From NCBI GenBank assembly GCA_012026655.1, contig JAAILG010001185.1, positions 1-64,000 on the forward strand: 64,000 bases of DNA, in the 5' to 3' direction. The notes beneath the pieces were generated by a model that ran no database searches, was not told where the DNA came from, and saw nothing but the letters and a program-made list of their open reading frames with translations. This DNA comes from Hydrolagus affinis. Its lineage: Eukaryota. Positions 10,870 through 23,029 of this stretch are shown piece by piece; position 1 is the stretch's first letter, and every line of letters begins with the position of its first letter. Position numbers and translations under genes: made by a program.

Positions 10870-12555
10870 TCTCTCTCCTTGATAAGCATGGGCTGCGATA
10901 GCGTGGAATAATGCGTCCCATGCCAGTTCGGAAGTATTTGAAGCAAGATGTCCCTGCAACGGGACCAGGTTCAAATGTTTATGAGGGGACAAATGTATCC
11001 AGTTCATTACATTTTGTCAAAGAGGGCGCTGAAATGTGTGTAAAGCATTGTTCGAGGTCGTGTATTTTGCTCCTGGAATGCCTGGTACGTTGATGTCTGT
11101 ACAAGTTCTGCTAATGAATATTGTCAAAGATAATTATCAGCTTGTATGGAGAGTCTGACTGCTGATGAAAAGGTGGCTTTGTGTTGAAGAAGCGATGCTC
11201 ATGCAACCCTGAATACTTCCTTTGCCCTTGCTCTGACCCTCCTTGCTTCTCCTCTGATGCTGAAGCCTCGGTTATCATTCCGTGGGTCCAACTAGTTGGG
11301 ATTTCCCTGTATTTTTTCCAAAAAAATTTAAATATATGAAGTTGCGTTCGAGGCACAAAAGCAAGATATGAGTAACCCTTAAGTTTTTTTTTACTGAAAC
11401 ATGAGAGAAAAAGTAAAAATAAACTCTGGAATCATCCAAATTCTCTTCTTAGGGAGCTTTAAGTATTTATTTGCTCCATTTTATTCATCTAAACCTAATA
11501 TATATTAGGGGATGAAATTTAAAAAGTTAGTTGTTCCTATAGACATTCAACGAATGGGAAATTGTGTCAACTCCAATCTAGTAAACAGTTTTCATGGGAT
11601 TGTTTTTTTTACAGCAAGTCATATCTAATCACTGTAAAAATGTCCCCAGTTGAATCAGGGTTCTGTGAAAGCAAGTTTATTTTTCAGAAGTTTCCAATGC
11701 ATTTATATGCACATCTATTACATAGAAAATGTGTTCAATTCGTGACTGGAGGATATCTTCATAGTCTTGTAAAAATACTCTCACTGAATGTCATGCAAGA
11801 GCTTGCATGTAGAGTGTATCGAGGACAACTTCAATGAAATTTTGAGAATTGTGAAAATATTACTCACAGATTTTGAATTTTTTTTAAAAAAAGGAACGTG
11901 CCAAGTAGTGTTTGTCAAGTATCATAAATGCTATAACTGTGTTACTTTTGATGTAAGACTATTGTAGAGCATAATATCACAAATCGTATTTTTTAAAAAA
12001 AAATAATAGTTCAGCCAAATGGCACCACAGGAAACTAACTGGGCTCTGCCTGCATGTGAGCATGATTTTGCAAATGGGCGCTGTGCAACGATGCAGTGAA
12101 AGCTTTAATGAACTCATCATTGATGCAGGAGGCAGGTTATGTGAAAGAGGGAATTATGTGGAAAAGCCAGACCTTTGTATCATGGACAAATTACTCACCA
12201 CAGTAAAAGTAGTGCAGTACAAGCTTCACTTTACTTTCTCAAGTCAACTTCCTCCATTAAATGAAGATATTTGGAGGGTGAACTGATTTGAAACAGCATC
12301 AAAAACACTTTAGACTTCAAGTAAAGCCTATTTATTACAACCCATCAATAATTCGTAGTTGCATATTTTTAGAAACATTTATTTCCTTTGAAATTCTTAT
12401 GTTTGAACTTCTTGATAAGTTGCGGGCTGCAAAGCACCTCAACAGAACGACTGTGATGTGCAGTGGAGAAATGGATTTTAAAATGCTCAACTTCATTATT
12501 TGTTTGGCCTCAATGTTTCTCCATTTATTGACCATGTAAAAAATAATTGATGCAC
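10870..12555 (+). pseudogene. EVE fragment B: decayed bunyaviral L region preceding motif F (PA-C-like core lobe to fingers)
   Basis: FKYLFAPFYSSKPN (about 11458-11500, cf. LRYLIPAVTSLYSG); LYAHLLHRK/VFNS (11703-11742, cf. VYPSFMSRIVY); KSLH (11797-11808, cf. KGLH, about 31 codons after the YP-like site as expected); MFELLDKLR...RTTV (12399-12455, cf. peribunyavirus KVFDRLYEK...PTI). Ends at a SINE. Confidence 0.55.
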
Positions 12556-12574
12556 ACAATTTGTGGCAAAGATG

Positions 12575-12820
12575 TTCATATCCTTTGGATGAGACTCTTG
12601 AATTGCCAGTTCAAGTGAATTTTAAGGATCTCATGGCACTGTTCAGTAAAAGGGAGTTTCGTTCTCTTGGTGTCCTGGCTAACAATCCTCTCTCCGCCAC
12701 CACCCGCTCCCCCCACCCCAAATAAAAGGTCATTCCCTTCCAGTCTATTAGTCAGACATTGTTATGTGCAAAATTGACTGTTTTGTTCACCCACAAAATG
12801 CACAATCACACCACTCAATG
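12575..12820 (+). mobile_element. Deu-domain SINE body at the junction of EVE fragments B and C
   Basis: tcctttggatgagac...ggatctcatggcactgttc...ggtgtcctggctaac...tgtgcaaaattgactg, similar to 59885-60210. Confidence 0.7.
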
Positions 12821-12829
12821 TGACATTCC

Positions 12830-14110
12830 TCCCAACTTTAAGTACTTCGGATTATCCCATCCTATTTCACTATTAAAAGCTTATTTAGAAAAGGTTCCAA
12901 AACATATTCAAGTACTTGTTGTCCTCACCATGATAATTCAAAGGGCCTTTTCTGACCCAGAACCACGCAAGATAAACAAATGTGTTTGGTCAACTTCACT
13001 ATTATATTCCTCTTCTTTGTCCACGAAAGCATAACCATATGCAATCACCTGTTGATGAACTTTGTAGGTCTGATATTAAAGGCAAATGCTAACTTTTTAC
13101 CATCACTGATGCCAATGTCAATGACTTTAATTTCAAATCACATTTGGGGAAAATCACATTTCACATCATGCAAACCCAAAGTATGATTCCACCTGGATTC
13201 TTATACCTAATAAAAATGCGAAATACTGCAGATGCTGCAAATCTGAAACAAAAACAGAAGTTGCTGGCAACACTCAGCAGGTTAGGCAGCATCCATGGAG
13301 AAAGGTCCACAACTCTTCATCTTTATCCCTAACAGCCGTGATGCATCAGGTCTGATGTATCAACAAAGCGATGTATCAAGTCTGAAGTTACACTGTGTTA
13401 AATGAAAAATATTTGTGGATCCAAGTAGCCTTCTCATTACACTGGTTTGAAAAAAGATTCCGTTATCTTGGCATTCTCATTCTTTACCATCTGTAGAGTT
13501 TATTTCAATATTACTTGTGTGGGATTCTGAAAAAAAATCCCTTCAATATCACTTTGTGAATAAAGTTACCTCAGGCCAGCATTGGATATGAACCAGGCAT
13601 CCAAATGAAACATTATCCATAGACTTTGTTACCCATTCCAAATGAGCGTTCAATGAAATAGAAAAACATCTTCTGCAGTTCGGGGTATTGTGATAGTGAT
13701 TTTCTTTGACTTGTTGCATATCTGTTTGAATTTATGGCATCTGTTATATTTATGTTGTCTGATATTTGGTTATAAATTCTGGCCGTCTGTTTATTGCCCC
13801 CTTCCACCTCTTGCTGCCGAATTGAATCCAAAGTTAGCTTTGATTGATAAACAAGATTGATTTCAGGAACCTGGTGAGTACATGGGATGATTTGGGTACA
13901 TCTATACTGATAAGAACTGCATTGACTGAGAAAGGTTTGGGTTTTATTCCAGCATTGATTCTTTCGCTTGTCTGATCGTTTTTTTTTGTTACTCACTATT
14001 TCTCTGACTTCATTTTGATTCTTCTTTACCTTGGCTTCCCAAATCTAATTTGTCCTTCTCATTCTTGCCTCCTGTCATAAGATTCAAGCTTTTTTTAAAA
14101 AGCTTTCTCT
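12830..14110 (-). pseudogene. EVE fragment C: inverted decayed bunyaviral L N-terminal third (linker/vRNA-binding lobe)
   Basis: Minus strand: QVIAYG (13034-13051, cf. hantavirus SLIAHAG), LFILRGSGSEKA (12944-12979, cf. LFILPSKSLEVA), WDNPKYLKL (12833-12859, cf. WGVSKVMSI), in collinear order; 127-aa open frame at 13613-13996 on the same strand. Confidence 0.5.
13213..13310. repeat. Short interspersed repeat fragment inserted in fragment C
   Basis: aaatactgcagatgctgcaaatctgaaacaaaaacagaagttgctggcaacactcagcaggttaggcagcatccatggaga resembles a high-copy cartilaginous-fish repeat (from memory). Confidence 0.55.
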
Positions 14111-14125
14111 GCTTTCAGGCCAATA

Positions 14126-15550
14126 ATCCAAGCTATGCAGCTTCAGTTGGATGAACTCAATGCACACTGAGGACCCCAAGCCTTGGCTCACACCAACCTG
14201 CATCAAATACTGTACTCTCTGGAATTAGATAAGCAGCGTGCGCACATTCTGTTCCAGGTGCAGGTGCCATACATATGCGGAAATCAGCCTGGATTGATAG
14301 AAAAACCCATCATCGTACTTTAGTCTATGAGTCACACATTCAGCTGGTGGCCAAAACAATGCACCAAATTTTTACTTCAGTTTGTGAAACAATCTCATCT
14401 TAAAATGCAAAATCATGCAAAATCGTATGAACATTTCAAATTCAGTTTTAATTTTAAATTTCCACAGCTGTCAGAAAGAACCAACTTGCAAATTGTGACT
14501 GAAGTCAGGATGAAACGTTTCTACTGGCTAAGATTTGGTGGCATTTCACGTTCCTGGAGGTGTTTCGTGTTGGGAATGCTTTTATCAACATGGATCATGA
14601 AATCCCCGACTCAGTCAAATAATTAAGGCTGCCTGATTCAAAACTGGGTAGGAATCACTACAGACTGCAGCTCATTCGGTAGTCAACTGTAACAGGTTGA
14701 AAAAATAACATTAGCCATTGAAAACATTATCCTCTGCACAGACTAAAAGAGTTGAACCACTCCAACCATATCGGAGGAACATTACAATCCGTGTTCTGGC
14801 AATGTGTTTGGAATCCGTCCTCTGGGATAATATTCAAACCAAGGTGAGTGACATATTTGGCACCGTCATTCCCACAAGCTCAGCCACATATATGCCAGGC
14901 CTTTCTCTTGGGATACCACTTAATCGCACATAGTTGAACCTATTGAATTTTATGTTGTATGTGGTTCGACCCTATATTCCTTTATTTTGGATGGAGGCCC
15001 AGATCCCTACAAAAAACATGTGGTTTGAAAGTACGAAACCTATAACAGTCTCGGAAGAAAATACAAGGAGTGCAGTTGAGGACGACTGATTATTTTGAAA
15101 TATGGCCACTTCTCTGAAACTGGTGGCTAATGTGGAATGGCATTGATATCACAGGTGTCACCAATTAGTGTTTGATGATTTGCAAGCTGTTTTACCTAGG
15201 TGAGTATCTATTGGCTCTATACTTCCACCAGATAGTTTTTTTGGACACAGTGTAAAGTTTGCTCCTCAAGAACGTTTGCACTTGGAAAAGTTCCTCTTCA
15301 AGTACAAGCTGCTGTATATACACACTCATCTACATGATAAATGGATGTTTCACAGTTTCAGATAAAAAGCATTCAAGCAGTACAATTTTACCAGCAATAA
15401 GAACATAACACCAATAGCACTATAACAAGGTTGGTTTAATATTGATATGCAATACATTAACGTGCTAGCTTTGTTTCACTTTGCTTCCCTTTTCAGAATA
15501 TTTGATTCAACTGCACATCTGGCAAGTACTGTCAGTAGACAGCAAGGAAG
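14126..15550 (+). pseudogene. Decayed coding-like segment next to the EVE (fragment D; possibly viral, identity unresolved)
   Basis: Frame 14126-14626 has 2 internal stops in 167 codons; frame 14718-15425 has 6 in 236 codons. Contains YHRCHQLVFDDL (15147-15182; RH endonuclease-like if TGT came from CGT) and AMQLQLDELNAH*G (resembles the hantavirus N start). Confidence 0.3.
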
Positions 15551-15605
15551 CTAAAAATTGGGTGCAAGGTTTCTTTATTATTAGTGCCTTCAACCACTAC
15601 ACCCT

Positions 15606-15806
15606 TACCTCCGGAACCTAGTGCCTCAATCTATTCACCTCACTCTTCTTCCCATTATCCATCTTTAAATCCCAGCTGAAGACCTACTTCATTGGCCGTA
15701 ACTTCTGTCACTCCTCACACCCCATCGACTTTGCTTGGTATCTAACCCCACCTCTGTGCAGCATATCCTGTGTGAAGGACACTCTATAAATGCAGGTTGT
15801 TGTTGT
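15606..15806 (+). mobile_element. Old L2 LINE 3' fragment
   Basis: ctttaaatcccagctgaagacctacttc (FKSQLKTYF), ending ctataaatgcaggttgttgttgt. Confidence 0.7.
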
Positions 15807-17300
15807 ATCACAATTAGTACAAAAGGTTTTCAGTCATGAAATAAAGATGACAAAAATTGTAATTGTAACCAAAATAACACACTCTGGCCCACACAATAAC
15901 ATTAAACTACCACGCAAGCATATACTATATTTATATATTCATGACCGACTTTATGAAAATATGAAATATTCATACCCTTGTCCTATTATATAACTGACCT
16001 CTCGCCACATAAGACGTCGAACTAGACAGTTAATTAGCATAAGGTAAAATGGTTCTCTCTCCCTACCATGCCTCTATTCATTTAATTATAAAACGGTTAC
16101 ATGAACTAATAACTGGGTCTGGAAGAACAGAAACTGAACACAATCTAAAATTGTAGTTGCACTTGCTAAACCTGCCAATTAGAAGTAAAATGCAAAGGCT
16201 TACCAGTTATGCTGCTTGGAGAAAAGTTCTGCACAGCTAATAGAAAATTACCACTAGGAAAGCAAAGGTTGTCAAAATTGGAACATCATTAGACCAAGGG
16301 ATCATGGCTGTATCAAGTTAAAAGCAATGTTCAAGTGGTAATTGCTTTCTAAAGATAAGAACTATTTTTCTCACTCACAGTAATGGAGAGAATTCCCCTC
16401 ATTGGATGAGAAACAATTGGACGAGTTCCAGTTGAGAACCATCAAAGAGTTAAATGTGTTTGTAGAATAGATTTAAATGATGGGAATTCCATAATGATTT
16501 GATTTATTGTATTGAAAAAAGTTAGGTTAACCTAGTTAAACCAGAAAACCATGTTTCACAATCTTCACTATCCCATATGTACTCATCTAAAAAGTTTTGC
16601 TGAATATTCTGCTGAAAGATCATAATCCAGCCAGGTTGTTGGCCAGGTTCTGTAAGACATTCAGTAGTTCTGGCCTTTCATGTGTCTCAAGCTTTCGTTC
16701 CTTTGTGTTTTTTCATCAACGCTCACTAAAACATGCCTCTTCGCGGTTGCGATTGGGTAATTCAGCAAAGTGGATGGATTGAATTCAAGACCTTTCTGTT
16801 TGGAAGGTGGCAGTGCGGTGAGTCACCAACTGAGGCATTGTAGAAACAAACTCAGAATGGTTGTGACATCTGCTCTTCAAATAAGCAGAACACCATGGTA
16901 TTGCTACATTTCAGTGAACGTTCTTTAAAGAGGCTTATAATAATCTGGTCAGGTGTGTGCATTTTGTGCTATCGTTTTGAATCTGCCAGGAATTGTAATC
17001 TTATTACAGACATTGACACCGGGTCGAAAACAGACAATTCTCAGCATACATGGCTGGCCCTCTAATCAGTGCATTAAGAAGAGGGTCAGATTTCCTGTTG
17101 ATAATGCACATTTGGTTATCATGCATTTTGGGGTATGGAGAGCAAAGAGACAGGTTAAATTACGAAAAAGCTAACTGCTGTAACAATTTGTTTTAAAACA
17201 GTGGTTCTTTGTGATCTTAAAAGAATCTGGCATACATAGTTACATAGAATGGTACAGCATGGAATCAGGTCACTTGACCCAAGCATACCTCAAGGTTTCA

Positions 17301-17370
17301 TCTGACTTGGAATCGAACCCAGGCTTCTCGCTTGCAAGGCAAGTACTCTAACCACTGAGCTACAGGACTC
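17301..17370 (-). pseudogene. tRNA-Ala(TGC)-like SINE head or tRNA pseudogene
   Basis: Reverse complement gagtcctgTAGCTCAGTGGttagagtacttgccttgcaagcgagaagcctgGGTTCGATTCCaagtcaga: A and B boxes, paired anticodon stem with TGC, broken acceptor stem; a deleted sister copy lies at 36236-36315. Confidence 0.7.
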
Positions 17371-18304
17371 TATTGGGAAGATACTAGGAATTTATCAATT
17401 GATCCCTAAAAAAAAAGTCTGTTCCATTTTTACTTGTTGCACTAGAGCTTAAAGCACCTGGCCAGAGGACAAAAAAGTCATTCACTTCATTGTTGCTTGT
17501 GATCACATTGTGGTATTCAAATTGAACTCAAATACACTGACACTCCACTTTACCGAAAAACTCACTTTGAGACATTTTAATAATGTAAGGTGCTATGCAA
17601 TGCAATCTCACTTACCCTGACCAATAAAGGCATCCTATTTCCCAAGATTATACCTGTTTGCTCTTGCTTTCCTGCTAGGAGGTACATAGGAAGGGGCAGG
17701 TAAAGATGCACTACTCGCTTTCTGATACCAAACTAACACTGTTGCTGTCTCCTTTGCTTCTCTCTGTCCATGTGGAAAAGGGTTGAAATTGGAAAGGCAT
17801 TAGTGGTGCTCAAACAGGAGTAACTCACTCTGTGGTTCAAAACCAGTAATCCAGCACTCAACACCTCTGAGATTCAAGTAGATAAGATAACTATTCAAGC
17901 ATGTGACATTGCCCAGAGGCATAGCCATGATTTCTGGGCAAGTGTTGGAGGATATTCTTAATGATACCCAATGCTGACTCCAAAGTCTGCTAAGGTACAA
18001 CGAACACGTTTATCGACACGATCTGATGAGAGGGTTTGCACAGATATTATTACTTAATAATTCATGTGAACACCATATATTGAGATGTTTGCTCATAATC
18101 TTCAAATGCCTAAATATTGCATTGAAATGATCTATAAATGGGAAAAACTAATACAGTTCTGAAATGTCAACGGCAAATGATACAATGTAAATTGAAGCAT
18201 TCTAGAGAGTGTGTAAACTTTGAAATAATTATGCTTCTGCCAGATTTTATAGTTTGTGATTTTACATACATAAGGAGGATAATATAAATCCTTGCATTTG
18301 CCTT

Positions 18305-18771
18305 TCAGCAAGCACCAAGCTCCACGACCACATCACTCCCACCCTTGCCCGGCTCCATTGGCTCCCCATCCCCCAGAGGATCGAATTCAAGATCTTCTTC
18401 CTCACTTTCAAGGCCATTCACAGCCTTGCCCCCGCCTATCTCTCTGACCTGCTGTTCCCCAATGTTCCTCCGTTCAGTGGGCTGCAGTCTGCTCCACATC
18501 TTTCAGCCTCTCTGCCCCCACACTCTGGAACTTCATCCCACAGTCTCTTTGCCTCACTTTCTCCCTTGCCTCCTTCAGGGTCAGTCTCAAGACCCTCCTC
18601 TTCGATTGTGCCTTTGGCTGCCTTCCCAACTCTATCCCTCCCTTCCTAACTCTCTTCCAACCCTCCCCCCTACCCCGCCCCTCTCCCTTCCTCAGGTCCT
18701 GACCTGCCTGTTCAGCACCTTGGGATGTCCTCCTGATGTGAATGGCGCTCTATAAATGTAATTTTGTTGTT
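18305..18771 (+). mobile_element. L2 LINE 3' fragment (ORF2 C-terminus and tail)
   Basis: HDHITPTLARLHWLPIPQRIEFKIFFLTFKAIHSLAPAYLSDLL; tail gtaattttgttgtt. Confidence 0.9.
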
Positions 18772-18869
18772 ATTTCATGTTAGGAGGACGTCTCAAAGTG
18801 CTTCACAGGATTTTACTAAAAGGACTGCATTTTGTAGATGAGAACACCAGCCATTCTGTAGGGGAGCGG

Positions 18870-19070
18870 GGATGGAATCAAAAGGTAAAGCGTGTGGCTG
18901 AAAGGACAACCAAAGAGTAAAGTCTTGAGATAAGTCTTGCAGGAGGCAAGGAAAGGAGTGAGGTGGAAGGATTTTAGGAAGGAATTCAAGAGGGTTGGGA
19001 TAGAAAAGCTGTAGGCCCGACTGCCAATTGTGAGGTGGGCAAGGAAGGGAAAATGAATCTGAGCGGAGGA
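18870..19070 (-). mobile_element. L2 LINE fragment
   Basis: gtcttgagataagtcttgcaggaggcaagg...aggaattcaagagggttggg, homologous to the 7815 and 22060 copies. Confidence 0.7.
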
Positions 19071-19109
19071 AACAACCAGTTTAATAAATTAAGAATAATT
19101 GTCCACCTG

Positions 19110-19340
19110 CGATAAATAGACAGCACCTTGGTTTAACTTCTCACCTGAAGGACGTGCCTGAAACCCCATGATTCAAGCGCTCTGAGACGCCGTCTGGCGT
19201 AGAGGGCGCTATATAAATCAAAGTTGTTGTTGTTGTACGGTAGAGTGTCAGCCTAAATTATGTCAATTCCAATTCTCAAAGTGGGGTTTGAATTTACTTC
19301 TGATCCAGAGGTGCAAGTACTACAAAGTGAGCTACGCTAA
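19110..19340 (-). mobile_element. tRNA-headed Deu-type SINE 5' part with an L2 3' tail (19174-19235, +) nested inside
   Basis: tttaacttctcacctgaaggac...gtgtcagcctaaattatg...gggtttgaatttacttctgatccagaggtg interrupted by aagcgctctgagacg...gttgttgttgttg. Confidence 0.6.
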
Positions 19341-19489
19341 CATAAATGAAGAGCATTGTGAAAGGTCTGAACTAATTAAGGAATGAGCCACTGCGTTCAA
19401 TGCACATCAGAGCAAGGAATGGTAAACATGTGTGTGTGTGTGTGTGTGTGTGTATAAAAAAGAATTAAGTAGTGTGCATTAGCAGAGGT

Positions 19490-19830
19490 GGAGAACAAAA
19501 GGGATTTGGGTTTGATTAATGATCATTCACTGGAAGTTTCAGGACAATTTAAAGCTGCTGTCAACAAAGCTCATCAAATACTAGGTAGCATTTCAAGGGC
19601 AATTGTTACTTCAAGTCAAAGTAACTTATTCTAACCTTGCATAGAATAGTGGTGAGATCACATTGCATATAATTTTAACATCAAAAGGACATTGAAATGT
19701 TGGAGAAGGTTCAAAGAAGAGAAATAAGAATAATTGTAGGATTTAGTTCTCTATGTTATAAAGAGAGGCTCGTAGACTAAGAGTGCTTTCATTGAGAAAG
19801 AAGATTTACGGAGGCATTAAGAGGGATATA
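19490..19830 (+). mobile_element. CR1 LINE ORF2 C-terminal fragment
   Basis: EQ(K)RDLGLIND HSLEVSGQFKAAVNKAHQILGSISRAI...KDIEMLEKVQRR, typical of the CR1 post-RT region. Confidence 0.8.
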
Positions 19831-22059
19831 GTTGATATACACATATGACAGACTGTGTAGGATACGTTTAAAATGAAGACCCTTCAGTGGAAGCACAAGT
19901 CAGAAAAAGTTTATTTCCATCAAAGAACAGTGTACAACAAAATTTGGTTCGATGCCTATGACTGTATAAAAATAATAAGGTTTGTATTTGTTACAATGTC
20001 TTTCACGTGGGAAGAGAGGCTCAAATCACGTCGCAAGATTTTGCTGCAAAGTGTAGCGTCTGTGTATTTTAGCTGTGCATTAGAGAGTGTTAGCAGAGAC
20101 TGGTTTTAAATTCTTGACTTAGAGCTCGAACCTAGAACTTGCAGACTCAGAGGTGAGAGGGCTACCAACTATGTGGCTGTTCCCGAGCAGTATCGGAGGA
20201 CACAGTGGCAGGAGAGGACTGCTGTATGGGAAATGAGGGAATATCCTGGGTGCCACTGAACCTGATATGTTCTTACAGTTCAGACCAGTCATTCCTCATC
20301 CAGAGCCCACCCTCCACGATGTGCAACAGCTACAATAGCCAATCATCAAACCTGCTATTTTAAGCCCTGACAATATTTTGAAATATACAGAAGGTTTTGA
20401 TGCCAAATCGGTGTCCGTCCGTCCCCCTCCGTCCATAAGTGCAGTCGAAGAGAAAGGTTTGCTGTGAGGAGAGAGCAGGTTAAAGAGAGAGCGGGTTAAA
20501 GAGGTAAGGGAGACTGCAGAGGAGTGGAGATAGCAGGAGTTCATTTTCAGAGCACATTTCACATGAATGTGAGACAAACTGCTATTTTTTTAGTTCAAAA
20601 ATAGTATGTGAGATTTGATAAGATTGCATCTTATGTTATATCCCAATGAACCAGTGAATAGAAATACTGCTTTCTAAATCCACAAAAATATATCCTACAC
20701 CATTCTGCAAGCAATGTTGATTAACAGGGACATTAAGCTAGAAGACCATTATACCACTAATCTCCAGCAGCATTGCCATTAGTTGGCTGGCTGCATTGCT
20801 AAAAAGTATTACCAACTATCTGTTGATGATTTGACTTTGGATAATTCTGTAGATTTCCGCAAGGGACAGTTCAGTGTACTATTTTGTGAATTAGACCTCA
20901 CAGTGTCCTGGATATAAAGCTCTTTGCTCATCTTTGTAAAAACATGTCACAATTAAGTAGGAGCATATAAGAGCTGACGTTTTATGTTCACCTTTATGAA
21001 GAATGTCTTAATTTACCATAACTGGTATCAATACATTAATTCTGAGGAATGGCATAATTCCATAATAATACAATTGTTTGTACTAGGTCTAGTTATAGAG
21101 TTTGATCCCAGTAGCTAGAAAGATCACTGTTTAATGAGCTTTTGTAATTCAGTTTACCTTGCAATTAAAGCATCTTAAGGAAGTCATCTTGAACAATAAC
21201 ATTTTTAGAACATAATAAAATATGGAATGGATCCTGAATGCAGAAAAGAAATCTACTCTGTATGTGGAAGGCCAAAGTCAAGTTTATGGGATTATGTGCA
21301 AGACAAGATGAAAAGAAGAGAGATTGTTAGTAGATAACTGCAGGAGCAAAGAGAGGAAATGAATGACAAACTCTTGTAGGCAGTCTAAATATAGTAACGT
21401 ACAGTGTCTATTCTGCCAGAAGCACAAACTCAGTCTAGTTTAAATGACCCCAAAGACTATGTTTCCCAACAAACAGACCCCATCTCCCTTTTTTTAGTTA
21501 GCCAGGTGTCTGACACATGGAGATAACCATTGCCATGCTTAAGAGCATCCAAAACAGACAGACTTCCATATATGTAACAACAACAACAATTTATATAGCG
21601 CCTTCCACGCCGGACAGTGTCTCAGAGCGCTTAAACATGTAGACACCCACATGTCAAAGTTTCCTTGTGTATGAAATGGATTGAGCAATCTCTCTGGAGG
21701 GACGCACTCTGCCTACCCAATACCGGAGAAGAACAGGTTGGCAAGAGCCAAGGCTTGGGGACCCCAATATGTGCATTAGAGTGGTGATGGGGTTTAACCA
21801 GCTAATGCCGTATTGCAATGCAGCACATCCCCAGCAATGCATCGAGAGCAATTTTCTGACATGGGACTTGAACCACAACCTCACAACAATGCTACTAACT
21901 GAGCCAGGCCAACATCCGAAATTAACATTCTGAATGCACTCAACTAGGAAACTCTCTTTGTACATCTTGTAACTGGTTCAAATCCATCCTGAGTTATTAG
22001 TTGAAAATCTCCATATTACAGTGTGAAATGGGGCCAGGAGAGTGTGTCTGGCTCACCTT

Positions 22060-22502
22060 AACAACAACAAAATTACACTTATGTAGCACCTTTTACATCA
22101 GGAGGACATCCCAAGGCACTGGACAGTCAATATTTCAGACCTGAGCTGGAGTTAGGAACGGGGAGGTTGGAGGGAAAGGAGGGGATTTGGGGTAGTCGAT
22201 GGGACCGTCGAAGAGGAGTGTCTTGAGGCGGGATTTGAAGAAGGCTAGGGAGGGGGTGAGGCGGAGGGACTGTGGGAATGGAATTCCAGAAGTTAGGGGA
22301 AGAGTGGCTGAAGGCTCACCCACCAATGGTGGGGCGGGTGGGTTGGGGGTCCGGAGTAGGCCGGAGCATGCTGAGCGGAGGGGACGGACAGGTTAGTAGG
22401 GTGTTAGGGGGTTGCAGAAGTAGGGTGAGGTGAGGCCATGGAGGTCTTTGAAGGTGAGGACCAGGATCTTGAATTGAATCCTCTGGAGGATGGGGAGCCA
22501 GC
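22060..22502 (-). mobile_element. L2 LINE 3' fragment
   Basis: Minus strand WLPIPQRIQFKILVLTFK...SLRLTPSLAFFKSRLKTLLF; (CAA)n tail. Confidence 0.9.
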
Positions 22503-23029
22503 TGGATTATCTGCAGCCTATGGAGTGAGGAATTGGAAAGGCCAACACGCTTTATCCAGTTCCAAGTGATTGTGAGTTCACTGGATAAAACTACTTGCAT
22601 TTTAATTTTGACAGTCTCATTCACAGAAGCCATAAGATAATTACTGCAGGAAATTTTGCTAGATTGAAGTGAAGATTCATGTTGAGGTAATAATTACATA
22701 GAGTAATGTTCACATTGCAGCTAAGCAATTGTTTATGGAGGCTTGGAGCCCAGGAAAAATGGGTCAGTATCTTTTTGCTTTGAATACAAAGTCCTCCCAC
22801 AAATCTGTTGCATCTGGTCAAAATTACACAGAATAAAACTTCCGAGTTGCAATTTCAACAGAAGTCGGATGCCACTGGAGTCCACTGGTTGTTTATTTTG
22901 CTTGCAACTCACCCATTACAATACATTGTGTTTCAGTACCATTCCTACTTTGAATCAGGAGATCTCAGTTGAACCTAAACTGTAGCTCACTCTGGGCTGT
23001 CTGCAGTGCTGTAAAAGTAGCTGCTTGTC

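Noticed and set aside
10885-12480. Hantavirus Gc-like snippets (WAAIA, WYVDVCTSSA, FKKLVVPID, SGE/WI)
   Set aside because: They need several ad hoc frameshifts, cysteines are missing and the spacing is not collinear; L landmarks (KYL, YxH, KSLH) fit better. 10885-11200 stays unresolved.
17301-17370. Functional tRNA-Ala gene
   Set aside because: The acceptor stem does not pair and the T-stem has a mismatch; a related degenerate copy indicates a SINE head
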